Shown here piece after piece: positions 36,655-49,945 of a stretch of 64,000 bases of DNA. The position numbers and the translations under genes were made by a program. Source of the DNA: Vicugna vicugna (Eukaryota); contig MU058065.1 in assembly GCA_013265495.1 (NCBI GenBank), positions 9,155,819 through 9,219,818 of the forward strand, given 5' to 3'. The number at the start of each line of letters is the position of its first letter. Positions within the stretch are counted from its first letter, which is position 1. A model generated the notes under the pieces. That model ran no database searches. It saw only the letters and a list, made by a program, of their open reading frames with translations, and had not been told where the DNA came from.

Positions 36655-37770
36655 ATTCCGGGAGTGAAAAAGGTAGCAGGGCGGTGCCTTCCGCGGGGCT
36701 GGGAGGGACGCCTCTTCTTCCTCTCTTGCCCACTCCTAGCCCCAACCGGGCCGGCCCCCGGGCGCGGAGGCTGCCGCCCGCGCTCACCCGGGGGCGCTGT
36801 GCCGCCGGCACCGGGCGTCCGGAGGTGAGTCGGCTGGGAGGCGGCCGCTCCCGGTCCTGCCAGCGCGCGGAGGGGCGAATCCCAGGCTGCGAGGTCGCCG
36901 CCCCCGCCCCTCGGCCGGCCCCTCCGCCCGCGGGGGAGAGGGGAGTGGCCGGGCGCCTCCCGCCGCAGCGCAGCCCTCCGCAGCGGCCGCGCACTCTGCA
37001 GCCGGGCGCGCACGGGAGCCCCGGTCGCGGCGCGTGGAGGCGGTGTGGGAGCGCGGGCGCGCGAGGAGCCGGCAGCCGCGGGGCAGCGTCCGCCAGCAGC
37101 GTCCGCCGTGCAGCCGCGCGGGAGCCCCGCAGCCTCGCGGAGGGCCCGCGTCCCGGAGCGCCGCCGGAGAGGGAAGACGACCAGGAGGCGGAGTGCCGCC
37201 TGGCGAGGTAGCGCGAGCGCTTTCCCTCTCTCCCCTGCCTTGCCCTCTCGGTCCTTTGTGCTCGAGGTCTTCCTGGCCCCGCCGCAGCCCGCGGGGCACG
37301 GGTCAGCGGGGTCTGCGGTCTCTCCTCGGGGCGAGGCGGCGCTGCGGCGAGAACCGCGCACGGTGGAGGTCGCGCAGGGTGGTCGCGACTCCGCAGTTGC
37401 TTCGGGGGCGGATGGGAGAGAAGAGGGCGCTAAACTAAGTTACTCTTACTTTGCCCCAGCTCAGTACCTGTGGGCACAGTGAAATCCGGCTCTCCCTGGT
37501 GTTCACCCACATCCCCTCCATCTCTCTGGCCCACAGCTGTTTCCTGACTCCCTGGTTCTGTGGAAGGACACGGGGTGGCCTCCTCTGGGAAGGAAAGCGG
37601 GGGAGAACAATGGGGCATCCTGGGGAATGGGGTTCAGGTGCGGCGTGCCCCGGCGGCGGGGGAGAAGGTGCCCAGGACCCGATGGGGCGTTCAGCGCGTG
37701 CAGCTGCGCTCTGCTCCTTTGTTCCGCCGCAGCGGAGGGGGCTGCCCTGGGTCTCGTTTCCTGCCCGGGA
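36655..37770 (+). promoter_or_regulatory. CpG island promoter
   Basis: Very high GC and CpG density against a CpG-depleted background. GC box CCCCGCCCC at 36902-36910. G-rich + strand downstream. Confidence 0.92.
37000..37207 (+). other. Probable non-coding first exon of an unidentified gene
   Basis: Lies downstream of the GC boxes, contains no ATG and ends at the donor-like GAG|GTAGCG. Start approximate. Confidence 0.5.
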
Positions 37771-39704
37771 TGGGATTGATTCACAGTCCCGGGGAGGGGA
37801 GGGGAGGGGAGGAGGCGGAGCTGGAATGGAAACCAGATTGGGAACGGGAGTCCTGGAGGGTGCTTGTTGGGGCTGGGAAGAGGGTTGGGGAGGGGGTGGT
37901 GGGAGTGCACTGGAGAGGTGATTACAGACACACATCTTGTCTAAGGGTTTGCTGTGTGGGTTTCTGGAGTTTATTTGTAATGCTTTGTTCAGGCTGTGGC
38001 CGAGCGTTTATTGCTGCAACAAGTTGTGTACTTCCCTGAGTTCTAGGCGCTCCGAATGTTAGTTTGTTGAAATCAAATCTTAATTACAGTGGAAGAAGAC
38101 TTTGTTGTTATGAATCAGGGTATTTGTGTGTGTGTATGTGTCTGTGGATCTGTGTTTGTAGCTAGTGGAGGTTGGCTTGAATGGGTAAGAGGCAAATTTT
38201 ACAGCATTGATTTTGACATAAAATAATTTTCTCCGTTGTATTATAGTATAACAATTTTCCAGGAATATTTGAGGGGAAACCACCAGAAAATTAGACGTTG
38301 CTAAATAAATGAATCAGATTATGTAACACTGAATTGAAAAACCCTTTACAGTCCCAGAAAACACACCACACATCACTTTTTGGGTTTTGAGTTGAGGAGT
38401 CTGTGACTTCTGTGCTTGCACTCGCCTGGTGTGGGTCACCTGGGCTAAGAAACAGAACAGTTACCATTATGGTGAATGGGAATTTTTTTTTTTTTAGGTG
38501 GAGGTAGAATTGAATGTAATGTGTTGGGCATATGTTAATTGACCCTTTCCTAGATTGGAATCGAGAAGCCCAAGAGGATTGGCTGACCTCGGGAGGGAGC
38601 CAGCGGGGATTGAATGATGAGTGTGTTTTGAATGGAGTATTCCAAGCAAAACTATTTTGGGAGGAGGCTGACATTTCCAGGCATTCATGGTTTGTGCCTA
38701 TGGGACACTGGTAGAAGGATCCCAAAGTTGGACTGAAGGTTAGAATTACTGTGGTGATAATTTAGGAGACATTCAGTTATAGTCAGCTGGCTGCAGCAGG
38801 GCTGGGAAATGACCCAGAGCTGCTGCTTTGACAAGTCCGAGGGCCCACCGGTAAACCATGCTATTGGCTATTCATTTTAAGACAACCAAGTTTGAAAGCC
38901 CCTTAACCTTAGAAGGAGAGTGAGGAACTTACTCCGGGAGAAAAAAATGTTTCCTGCCCACTAAGTGGTAATGGAAAAGAGCTGTACAAGCTAATTGGGA
39001 GGGTTTGTTTTTTTCGTGGGGGATGTGGTCAGATTTTCAGGCCAGGCTGAAACGCAGTGGGACTTGTCCTCAGGAGCCATTATGATGTTCAGTTTAAGTG
39101 GGATGTTGTCCAGCCGTCAAGCTTTTTGTCGTTATAACTAACATACCGCCTGGCAAAACACTGTGCCATGGGCAGCGAACAGAGTTACTGTTGTCTTGTC
39201 ATTTTGGACTTCTCGTTTATGTTGTGGATTGTTTTGTAAATTACAGCGCAATTGGATTTCTCCGAAGTACTCGTTGGAATACATATTAACAAAATGCGAA
39301 GCCTCAGTCTGTTACTGCTACTGGAGATACGGATGAGGGGTCCTCTTAAATAGCTGGGCTCTGGCCACAGCCCATCCTGATGGATTCCCCACTGTGTGGT
39401 GAGGTGGGCTGCAGACTGCACCCTCTTCACAGGATAGGATGAATCATCACTTTGTCAAGCCTGGAGTTAAAGGCTGACTCTCTCTGGTTGCTGCACAGTT
39501 ATGCAAAGCTATGGGGAGCTTCTGACATCAGTGGGGAAGGAGTGGGGTTGGGGGTGGTCCCTGGTCTAGAAGGAATCCTCAAGAGTGTAGGATCCATGTT
39601 TTTAACATTTGTCCTTTTTTTGGAAATTCTTCTCTTTTCCTCCTCCCTTCTATTTTCAGTAGCTGGGCATTTGGATTTTAATTAAGCAACCTAACAATAG
39701 TTAG

Positions 39705-39915
39705 AGCTATCATTTAGTGTTTACCCCGTGCAAAGGGTTTTTACACACTTTCCTATTAGTCCTCAAAACACCTTGATACAGTGGGGATTATCTCCTTTTA
39801 CAGTTGGAACTGAGGTCCTGGGAGTTTGGTAACTTGCCTCTTACACTCTAGTTGAGTAGGTAACTAGTAAGTGCTGGAGGTGAGATTTGATTCTGATCTC
39901 CAGTTCCAAAGCCCA
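39705..39915 (-). mobile_element. MIR SINE
   Basis: ATTATCTCCTTTTACAGTTGGAACTGAGG...GTAACTTGCC...GATTTGATTC. Confidence 0.65.
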
Positions 39916-42900
39916 CACGGTATGGTATGATACCTTTTAATAATAGGAATGACAACAATTTGTTTTTCTGTTTGATTAGCCCTTTGTAGATTTCAAATCA
40001 CTTTTACATATATTATCATAATTGATTCTTTTTAAAAACCACTGAGATAGGTTTGGAAGGCTGGATTAGTGACGTCACAGCTTTTCAAACTGTGTTGTTC
40101 AAAAGCTTTATGCTGTTTGACAGCCTTTGTGAATACACTTTAAGTGAATGAAATTTTATTTTTAAAAAGTTAGGCTGCCAACGTTTAAAAGTAAGTTATT
40201 TGGGGAAACATTTAAAAGTCGTGGAATAGAATAGAACTTATATTCATTTGATATTTATTGAAATCTATTTTAGTCCTTTTTATCTTTCAACCTTTATTAG
40301 AACACTGCGCTTTGCTTCTTTACTGGGACCCACTGTCAGAGTGTCTTTTTAGAAGAGGAACAAGAAGGGAAGGAATGTGATTGTAGAGAGGAAGTGGGAC
40401 ATCAGAATTGGAATCACACATAGCAGCAGGCAGTAGATTTTCCCAGCACATGCTTTTTGTCCTGGCAGTCGCCTTTTACAGAAGACATTCTTCCTTGGGG
40501 AAGTGTCAAGGGTCTTTCTTTACAATATCCTCTGAGATCATCACATTTCTGAGCTCTGTGGGAACACACATTCCACAGGATTTCTGGGCTCATCCTTTCC
40601 CTACAGGGGAAGTGAACAAGCTTTGGCATCCACGTGGAAGGGGAATAGCAGTGGTATCTGTCCTTGGGGTGGACTGGGAAGTGGTGCTGGGCAGGAAGCA
40701 CCTGACCTTGACCCAAGAGTGACCACCAAGTACAGGAGTTCGAATGGATTTGAACTCTGGGCACCATCAGTTGTTTATGGATTTCTCTGAATGCTCCTGG
40801 GCAAATGGAAAAGTCAATATTGGGTTTTTTGGGTTTGTTTGTTTTGTTCCTAAGATAAGACTTTGAAGACTGAAAGTTCCACCTCTACTTGCTTAATTAT
40901 TTCAAGCTAGGACATCATTTGGGGTCTTCAGGGACTGTGGTGTGGGTACAGTAACTTTTGTCTCCTCATGCCATTAAATTCCCATCTCCTGGGTATTTAG
41001 AGGGGTTGCACACATGTGGTCTACTGAGTTCTATGATCTGAGATGGATAAAGGATGCTCTTATAACTGTTGTAGGTTTCTTTTCACTTGCTAGTGCCTTC
41101 ATCAATTCATGTTTTATTAAGCACACAGTTTGATGCAAGGCTATGCATTAAGCAGCAAAGGAAATCCGTTGTGCATCGAGGGATGTAGCAGGGCAGCTCA
41201 GTGTGCCCGGAGAGTAGATGTTGGTGAGATGAAGAAAATGACTGTGACAGCTGTGGTGACCAAGGCCACGCCAACACATGCTGCTGAGACAAAAGCTGAA
41301 CACAAGAGCATGAGAGTGGGAGGAAACCGAACACAGTGCCTGCTCCTCCTTTGTCCTCAATTTTATCTCCAACAATCTCTAATGGTTTGAAAGACGTAGG
41401 GTCTCTGAACACCTGCCTCTAAAGGTTAGATTGATGGGGATGCTAGGAAGCATCTTGGTGAATTTGCTGTCCGACGAGAGAGCAGAGGATCCTTTTTTTG
41501 GGGTCCTGAGGATGTGTAAAGTACCATTCTTTGGGAGAAGGTGTTGAATATCATGGCTTGCTTCTTTTATCCCCCTGAGTAAGTGTTCTTGGCTGGTCCA
41601 GAGCTGGGAGAATTGGTTGAAACGCTTCTGAGTTTCTCCTTTTTTGGTTCTCGTGCTTGACTCACCTGACTTACTTTCCTCTCCGAAGTGAGGGAGACTT
41701 GGTGAAACAAGATTCACCTGCTAGTGAGAAGGTGAGGAGCTTTCTCACCCTCTCCTGGTCACCTCCTTCTGTGCAAGAACCAGATGATCTTCTGGGAGTT
41801 TTCAGGGGCTTTGTCTGATCCCTGGTCTCCAGACTTTCTGAGCACAGTATGCTGCTGGGCATCAATTTGGAGCTCAGGGTCTGATCCACAGGGATGAAAT
41901 GGTGGGAGCACCATTGACAGAGCTGGAACTTAGGGAATAAGACTTTGAACAAGGTGGGGAAGAAAATAATTGGTATAGAATTTATACTCATCCAAGATAG
42001 GCAGTTTTTGAAACTGAGGCCTGGAGATAAGTGAAAATTGACATTCTTCCTTTGCCTGTCAGGTAAACAACAATGCTGAGCTTCTAAAAATACCAGGTAC
42101 CTGGCTTTCCTTGATAGCATGGAGAGGCCAAGAGGAGACAAGGTCTCTGCTTTCCGGGTACTTTTGAATCAATCCTGTGTGGACTCATGGTGCTTTGAAA
42201 TTGCGGAGGTGACTTCATTTTGCTGTGTTAAAATGAAAATGCAATTTAGAATGATACATTGCAAGTTTTAAAACTTGGTTAAAAAAAAAGAATTCAACAT
42301 TTTAAAGAGACATTAGAAAACTGAATTGAAAGGACAGTGGAACAGAACAGGTTACTCATGATTGGTTTTGTTGTAGCATGTGTGTGTATTATTTGCCTGC
42401 TCATTTTCCACTGGTTTCATGAAAGCATTTTCCTGCACACTTCAACTGAAAAAGAAAAAAAAAATCTTGACTGAAAAATTCGTGCAGGCCCCAGTTGCTC
42501 TTGCCAGTGGACACCTTCTCTGTCCTCCCTCAGTGCAGCTTCCTTTTACTCTGTGTTACTAGACGCTGAAGTGCTATTTGCAATGTTCAGATTGCAAATA
42601 TACACAGTTCCTAGCCGATCATTTCTTCCTTGAAAATTTGCATGGCTCGTGTTCTCTTTCTTTTTTTTCCCCTCAGTCCTCATACGGTCTGCTTCCAGTT
42701 GGAATAAGTTGACCACAGTTTTGAACTACCCCTGATGTGGTGAGCCATCTAGGAAAAAGTTCTCACTTGCCCAAGGGTGTTGAGAGGTATTCATAAAAAT
42801 ATATGAACTGTCATGTTGGGTCAGATTCAGGAATCTGCTTTCTGCAGAAGCAAAATACTAAGCATTCGTGACATTGGAGGAGGGGGCTAGAGTTAGACTT

Positions 42901-43501
42901 TCTGGCTTTAATAGGTTTGGGGGCTATCCCTTCAACATCTGTAATTGCATAAGCTTTTAAAAACCTCTCATCCATGTATTTAAATTCATGTATTCAGATT
43001 CTTGTATTGTTAATTTGTATCCTATATTCTAAACATTTCACACCTACTGTAAAGGTAAGAACTTGACTGTATTGGCATTTTGACTTCAAATGTTGAATTT
43101 TGGAATGATGACTGTTAAGTTGAAAGGGACTTTAGGTCACCATTGTAACCCTTTCATTGTATCTGAGACCTGCTCAGGCTCATAAAGTTAACCCGGGACA
43201 GATCTGAGCACTGGCCTCCAAGTCTTTTAACATCTTGTTCACATAAAATAAATTAAAACAAAAAACTGAAAAACTTCCTGTTCAGTTTTCTTTCTGGGGG
43301 ACTCTATCTCACTGTCAGTGCTAATAGCATTCCTCTCATCACCCTGACTTCGGACTTCAGAAGCGTCATCTACTTCTCTATTTTCTGTGATTCTTACATC
43401 CATCCAAGCAGTTACAGTGTTTGGTTGATTGTTGCCTCTTTATTTTCAAATCTTGAGCCTCTATTCTGGTTCAGACTTTAAAAGGCTGGGTTACTAGAAT
43501 G

Positions 43502-43750
43502 CAGCATTTCCCAAAGTGGGTTGTTCCATGAAAAGTTAGTCAATGTTAGTGTTAAAAAGGGTTTCATGACCTTGTTTAAACAACGCTTTAAATAAACTTA
43601 AAAAAAAATACAAGTTTCTCCTTTGCAGAAGGCTGTATCAGGAACTTTTATTTGTAACTGCACTGTGGATCTCGGAGAAAGAGTATAGAGGTGTCCGAAC
43701 TTAGGTGCCCATTGTTCCACTTTGTGGCGGGATCATTATGTAGATAACAG
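43502..43750. mobile_element. hAT-Charlie-like DNA transposon relic
   Basis: Starts CAGCATTTCCCAAAGTG, resembling a Charlie TIR. Confidence 0.45.
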
Positions 43751-44189
43751 TGCTGTAGCCACTTCATTGTACCATTTCTAGATCCATCACTGCCTAGCTT
43801 TCAGTGGGAATATGTATTCTCTGTGAGGCATTCTTGGTTCTCCCCCAGATATGTCATATTTTGTCTTGTGCTTTTTTACCTTGTTCTCTTGGATCCTTCC
43901 TTCACCCTGGAAGCCCCTCTCCACCTGTCACACCTACACATCTTTCACAACCCAGCTTTTCTGAACTTGTAGTGATTACTATTTCACAACTTAAAAAAGA
44001 CAAAATATTTGAGACAATCATAATATTGGAAGTAACATTGCACAACTGTAATAGTTAAATGATTGGAATTCACACAAAAGCCATTTTACATATTTGTGTC
44101 AGTTGACGTGTCAAACACACATCACATTCTTCTCTCTCCATACAGGTTAACTTGCACGTGTGTTCTCCAAGCATGTGGCTTGTACATAT

Positions 44190-44690
44190 AAGAAAATTTT
44201 GCGTTATTGGCATTGCACTGCATTTATATAAAAATTTAGGAAGAACTGACATCTTTATGGTCTCATGGCTTTCCAACTGCAACCTGATTTACCTCTGTAT
44301 TTATTTAGGTCTTTTATGCCCTTCAGTGAAATTGTACAATTTTATGTGTAAAATTCTTTCACATCATCTTTTAGGTTTGTGCCAAGGTGCTCCGTGGTTT
44401 TTGTGGTCATTGTGAATGGAGTTGTTTAACAGATTTCTGATAGATGTCGCTGGTATACAAGAATGGGATTGATTTTGTTGTTTATTGATGGATTCTTTTT
44501 TTAAATTAAAAAATGTTTTATTTTGGAGGGAGGTAATTAGGTTTATTTATTTATTTATTTAAATGGAGGTACGGGGGATTGAACCTAGGACCTCGTGCAT
44601 GCTAAGCATGTACTCTACCACTGGAGCTATACCTTTCCCCATTGATGGATTCTTGATTGATCAAGTTTACATTTAAACTCGTGTTTGCTG
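44190..44690 (-). mobile_element. Old L1 ORF2 fragment
   Basis: Minus-strand peptide IKMSVLPKFLYKCSAMPI resembles L1 ORF2. Confidence 0.7.
44498..44640 (-). mobile_element. tRNA-derived SINE, Vic-1-like
   Basis: Full head and tail. Perfect 14-bp TSD ATTGATGGATTCTT (44484-44497 and 44641-44654). Confidence 0.93.
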
Positions 44691-44811
44691 TGGGAGCCTG
44701 AAGTCGGGTGGCTTGTCTGATAAGAGCATGAAATATGGAAATGGAATGGTTCAAATTAAAATTATATAGGACACTTTATATAGTAAGGGGAGGTCATTTT
44801 TGGTTCTTTTA

Positions 44812-45200
44812 ATGCATTCATGTATTCATTCATCAAATGTTTGGGTGCCTGGTTTGTGTCAGGCACTGTACTAGGCACTGAGTCTTTAAAGAGGACCAGA
44901 GCTGTCGTGGTTTCTGCTCTCATGGAACATGAGGGGAGAGAGACATTGCAGAAATGAGCACAGCTGTGTGTGACATGCTTATGAATTGTGGTATGCGCTG
45001 TGAAAGAAAAGGAGAGGAGTCTGTGAGAATAAGAAGGATGGGGAGGGGAGACTTTGATTGGGGGTAGGGGGATAGCCTGTGCAAGGAAACGGGCATCCAT
45101 GCAGCTGCATGAAGGAAGGGTTGTATTAGAGGAAGAGAAGTTTGGTAGAGCTTTCCTGACAGTGAAAAACCAGCCCAGAAGTGCTGAGGTAGAGTTCTGC
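44812..45200 (-). mobile_element. L2 3' fragment
   Basis: ATTCATTCATCAAATGTTTGGGTGCCTGGTTTGTGTCAGGCACTGTACTAGGCACTG. Confidence 0.75.
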
Positions 45201-45834
45201 TCTTAATGGTAGACTGATGGAAATTTTGGTAGTCGGTGACTTAAATCAAGTTTTCCCTTTGTAAATCATCATAACAGTGGTATTTAATAGTGCTTAAGTT
45301 ATGATGACATAGAAGTATTTATTTTTGGTCAGTATGTTCCCTTTCCTCCCCAAGTAAAACTGCCTGGGTGAAGGAAGCCCTGCCCCTGTGCTGTGGCTTG
45401 AACAGGGCTCCTGCACGCCCCCAGCCCCTCTCTGCCCCGGGGAGAGCTGCCATGGTCTTGAGTACCTGCTCGCCACATCCATGTCCTGGCTCTGCACTTT
45501 GCACTATAGGACTGGGGTCTTGATCCAAGGTCTGGAGAAGCCCTCTCTCCCCTCCTGGGAGGGCTCTGGAGCAGGTCCACCTTTGGCTTTTCAAGTCTCT
45601 CAGCCCCCTCTCTGCTCTCCCTCTGGCACCTTCTTTGGACAAGCATTGAGGGCTGTGATGTGAGCAGGGTGGGGTGGGTAGAGGGATCTAGTCTGAATCA
45701 CACACACCTCATTCCACCTAGAATCTCTTCTTACGGGTCGTCAAGGCTTTGCACCTGGGGCAAGCACGTCAAAGCCCAGTTCTCTCTTGCCGTGGCTGTG
45801 GCCGTGGCCATGGCCGTGAGCCCTTGCTCAGTGG

Positions 45835-46075
45835 GAGGCAGCATGGTGTAATGGTTATGGGCTGGGCTCTGGGGGAAGTACTGGGTTTGAAGGTTGGCTC
45901 TTCTGCTCAGTAGCCCGTGTAGCTTTATCTGTCCCTGTCTTTCATCTGCAAAATTTGGGTAATAATAGAGCCTTCTTCTTGGGGTTTTAATAAGGATTAG
46001 ATGCATGGACACACGTGTGTCCCTAGAATACATAGTGTCAGGCACAGAGCAAGCACTCAGTGGAAATGTAAGTTG
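45835..46075 (+). mobile_element. MIR SINE
   Basis: GAGGCAGCATGGTGTAATGGTTA...TTCATCTGCAAAATTTGGGTAATAATAG...GGCACAGAGCAAGCACTCAG. Confidence 0.75.
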
Positions 46076-48939
46076 CTACTCCTCAGTCCTTCCTGAAAAT
46101 GGATTTCTGGGCTTCTTCCTCCCCCTCCCCCACCAGATATTCAGATCTGCTTGAATCCAAGCCATGCATATAATTTATGATTTGATACGGAACTCCAGTT
46201 ACGCCCTTAGAGAATATGTAGGAAGAAAGACAGCAAAGAAATAAACCAAAAGGTTGACAGGGATTGTGTTCGTGTAGTAGACCGGGATGACTTACTTTTA
46301 CACCCCTGTTGTTTTCCACATTATCTGTAATCTGGTTATGTTACCTCTGAACTAATAATAAAAAGAAATCTAATGAAGAAGGGTCATTAAAGTGGGGCCG
46401 AAGAGGGTGAGGCGCCTGAGTCTGCTGGCTCTGATGGCCTTGACAGGTGGAGTGGTTTCCCATTTATGCTGATAGTTGCAGGAATGCAACAGTATTTAAA
46501 GTCTTCAGCACCAGTATCCCCCAAAGTTAGAAGAGCCCAGGGATGTGGATCCTTGTGAAACTCTCCTTGCTCTGAATGTTTCCTTTTCTGTCATTATTTT
46601 CCCTTTTTGTTTCTTGCTGCTCCCTGAGCGGGCCTCTGGCCATCTGTTACTCTCTGTGGTCTCCTCTAACTCCCCTCCCTTTGAAAACCGCTCCTTTCAA
46701 TACCCCACGTTTCTCCTTTACTTGCTGTCATGTAAAAATGATGTGCACATTTCTGCAATTCAGAGTGAAGAGTAAATTTTATTTTTAACTGTAAAAATAG
46801 ATGCGACTTTTCACCCTCAGAGATCTAAATTAAGTTGCCTTTTATTTACTCATACCAAGAGTTAATTGATTAACTTGCTACTAACTAATCACGAAAGCCT
46901 GGGGGTCTGACTGCCTGAAAGCACTGGGAATCTTGAGGGACTTGGGAAGCAGAAAGGAAGAGAAGACTGAGGGAATCCTGAAGTTGAATTTTTCCTCTTT
47001 CTGTATTTTGCTTAGGGTTATCTGTGTTGCTACCATTTTGTTATGTCTCAGAATTTTCAAAGTTTTCCAAACTGGAAGAACAGAATTCTGGAAAATTACC
47101 AAAAATACATGTTTAGAAAGGCAACTTTGCCAAATTTGACACATTTCCTCAAAAGCCTGTAGATCTTAATTACTTCTTAAAAAGTTCAGTGAGCTTTCTA
47201 GCTTTCCTTTCATGTGCCTCTTTTTGTATAATTGTGAGTGGAGAAATGGGCCTTCCTACTATGTTTGTTTCATCTACAGGACTTTATTTTTAAGCAGTGG
47301 CGTTCTGTAGGTATCTCAAAATAATACTGACACGGATTTCAAAGAAAGTACGACAGCGATGTCACCTGGCATCAGCAGAGGAGCTGTTTACTTGACAAAT
47401 ATTGCTAATATTGCTAATTTCAGTGCGATTTCCCAGTTGAATGCAAAATCTCACCGTGGGGATTTAAATTAGGCGATGCCTTCCTACACCTTATTCCACA
47501 ATTTACAATGTTTTTCATCTCTAACCACAGATGCCTGATTTGAACGTAACGTAAATATTGATGCATGTTCTTTCTCTGCTGAAAGGAAGTCTAGTTCAGT
47601 TACACTAAAGTCTGGATTTGTAGAATGGGTGTAACCAGGAGTTAGTATTTACTTTTCAAAAGGATTCATGAGAGGAATTCTTTAAATTAGAAACAACATG
47701 TGTACTTTCGAGTAGGGTAGCAGGTGTAGAAGTCTGTGTGTACCCTCTGCTGCCTGTTGGGCTTTATCACGGACCCACTAGGTGTGGACGTGACCTCGTA
47801 TCTTGTCTGTTTTACTTCATCTACACCAATGCATGGAGGAAGGGAAATCTGTTGGATTTAGCTGACTAATGCCAAGGGTACGACCTGAGTGTTTAAGAAA
47901 TAGTGGTAAAACTGTTGGCCCAACATGAATACTTGCCATTGTTGCTAATTTAAACAGCAAACAGGAAAGTGTAGGTAAGATGCTAAAGGAAACTTGTGCC
48001 ATTTTACATCCTTAGGGGTGACCTGTTTCGTGCCTCTTGGACTCTTGGATGGAATAGTGGACGGCATCTCTCCTGCGATGGGGAGGATGCCCCTTCCTCA
48101 CCTGGTGGTCAGCAAGCCTGTTGGACGCTTGGTGCAGAGGTGGCTTCACCTTCTGTGATGCCGTCCCAGCTTTGCACTTGGCCTCTTGGCAGCAGCTTGG
48201 GTGTGGTGAGCTTTTCTTGCTAGAACAGTTAATAACTGTGGCAGATGTTGGGAGCCCAGTTCCACAGTCGTGCAGCTGTTTGTGTCCAGTTGGATTTCTT
48301 GAAAGAATAAATTTTTAGGATCTCATGCTGAGGGCTACAAGTATAATAGGATTTTAGGGGGCAACGTTATTTTTGGGGGGAGTTTGCATTGGGTATTGCC
48401 ACAGACGTAACATGCAGGTGGCGCGGCAGCCGAAGGGAATGCTGTAGGAAAATTTCCATTTATCCTGAAACCAAGCACCTCAGAAAGTCTCAGGTTACTA
48501 GAACTCTCTTTTGGATATTTTGTACTAAAAAAGTCATCTGAAGAACATTACAGAAAATTTGGAAATTGGAGCTAAAAGTTGGTTCTTGAGTCAGATCACT
48601 CTAAACTATCAGCTATGGTCATTTCTGAATATTCTCTCCAAGTTTTCTTTGTGTATGCTTTAGAATGCTTGTAATCAGAGTTCGTATATTTTCTATATCG
48701 CTGCAGGCTTTGAAATAAATTTTACAGTTGTGTATTCCACAGAGTACCATCATTTCCTGAAACATCTCGTTTTATTGGGCGTTTGGGTTGCTTCCACCGC
48801 TTTGCTGCTGTAAATAATAATACTGTGATGAACATTGTTGTACATGTGACTTTTTCTATATTTTGGGTGGTTCGTTGACGGTAGACGTTGAGAATGATCT
48901 GATTGGGTCCGAGCTTGTGAACGTTTTGATGTACCCATC

Positions 48940-49420
48940 TTTAATCAGCAGGGTGGATGTGGTGACTGGGTTGGAAAGGGCAGGGAAAGCTGGAGTCTGG
49001 GATGACTCCCGAGTTTCTGGCTTGTTTGATGCTGGGCATGGTTGGCACCGACAGACCTGAAGGGGACAGGTTTGATGTGGGATATGGGGCCTCCAGACAG
49101 GGAGTGAGGTTCAGCAGACCCTAGGGCTCAGGGGCAAGCCGGGGCCCGAGGCCTGGAGGGAGGGCTCACTGGCATCTCGGTGTGATGCATGTTGTAGCTA
49201 TTGTGGGGACCACTTAGAGGCAGAGTGAGAAGAGAGGGAGGTGGGTGACAGGAGTCCAAGGGACGTTATTTTGTGACAAGTAGATGAAGGAGAAGCACTG
49301 AGGAGCGTGAGGAGGGATGGGGTGGGAAGAAATGGCCAAATCGCAGCCGGGGCAGGAGAGAGTTTTAAGGAGAGGGTGCAGTGGGCAGCCAACAGATGAT
49401 TTTCTGACATTATGCTCGAA
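48940..49420 (-). mobile_element. L2 fragment
   Basis: GGAGTCTGGGATGACTCCCGAGTTTCTGGCTTG and a purine-rich L2-like body. Confidence 0.55.
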
Positions 49421-49579
49421 GATGTTTCAGTGGCACATGCCGAGTAAGCTCTGGGTGCCTAGGAAGGTGGCAGTTGTCGGGTGGGGGCTGTGCCAGAGAC
49501 CTTTGCTGTGGAGGAGGAGAGAAGTAGGCTGTTGTACAAGGGGTTACAGCATAGTGCCTCAGACTATGAGGGCACCCGG

Positions 49580-49945
49580 AACAGGGGGCCACGGCTGGGT
49601 ATTGTAAACAACGGAAATACATTGTGTCACAGATCTGGAGGCTGGAAGTCCAAGATAAGGCGGGAGCAGGACTGGTTTCTTCTGAGGCCTCTCCTTGGCC
49701 CACAGATGGCCACCTTCTCACCGAGCCTCTTATGGGCAGACGTCCCTTAGCCTGTGTTGGCTGGGTCTCTGTCTCCTCTTCTTGTAAGGTCACCAGCTGT
49801 GTTGGATTAGGGCCACCCTAATGGCCTCGTTTGAACTAAATCACCTCTTTAAAGGCCCTGTATCCAAAGACAGTCCCACTCTGAGTTCCTGGGGGTAGGG
49901 CATCAACATAGGGATTTTGAGGGGGTCACAGTTTAGCTCCTAATA
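49580..49945 (-). mobile_element. MLT1 (MaLR) LTR
   Basis: TCACAGATCTGGAGGCTGGAAGTCCAAGATAAGG...TGGATTAGGGCCACCCTAATGGCCTC. Confidence 0.85.

Noticed and set aside
36655..37770. Assigning a gene symbol to the promoter
   Set aside because: There is no coding exon in the window and I do not reliably recognise the 5' UTR. A BLAST or synteny search is needed.
36492..38039. Long overlapping ORFs (up to 239 aa) on both strands
   Set aside because: They are Pro/Arg/Gly/Ala-rich products of the GC-rich island, mostly lack ATG starts and show no recognisable domain.
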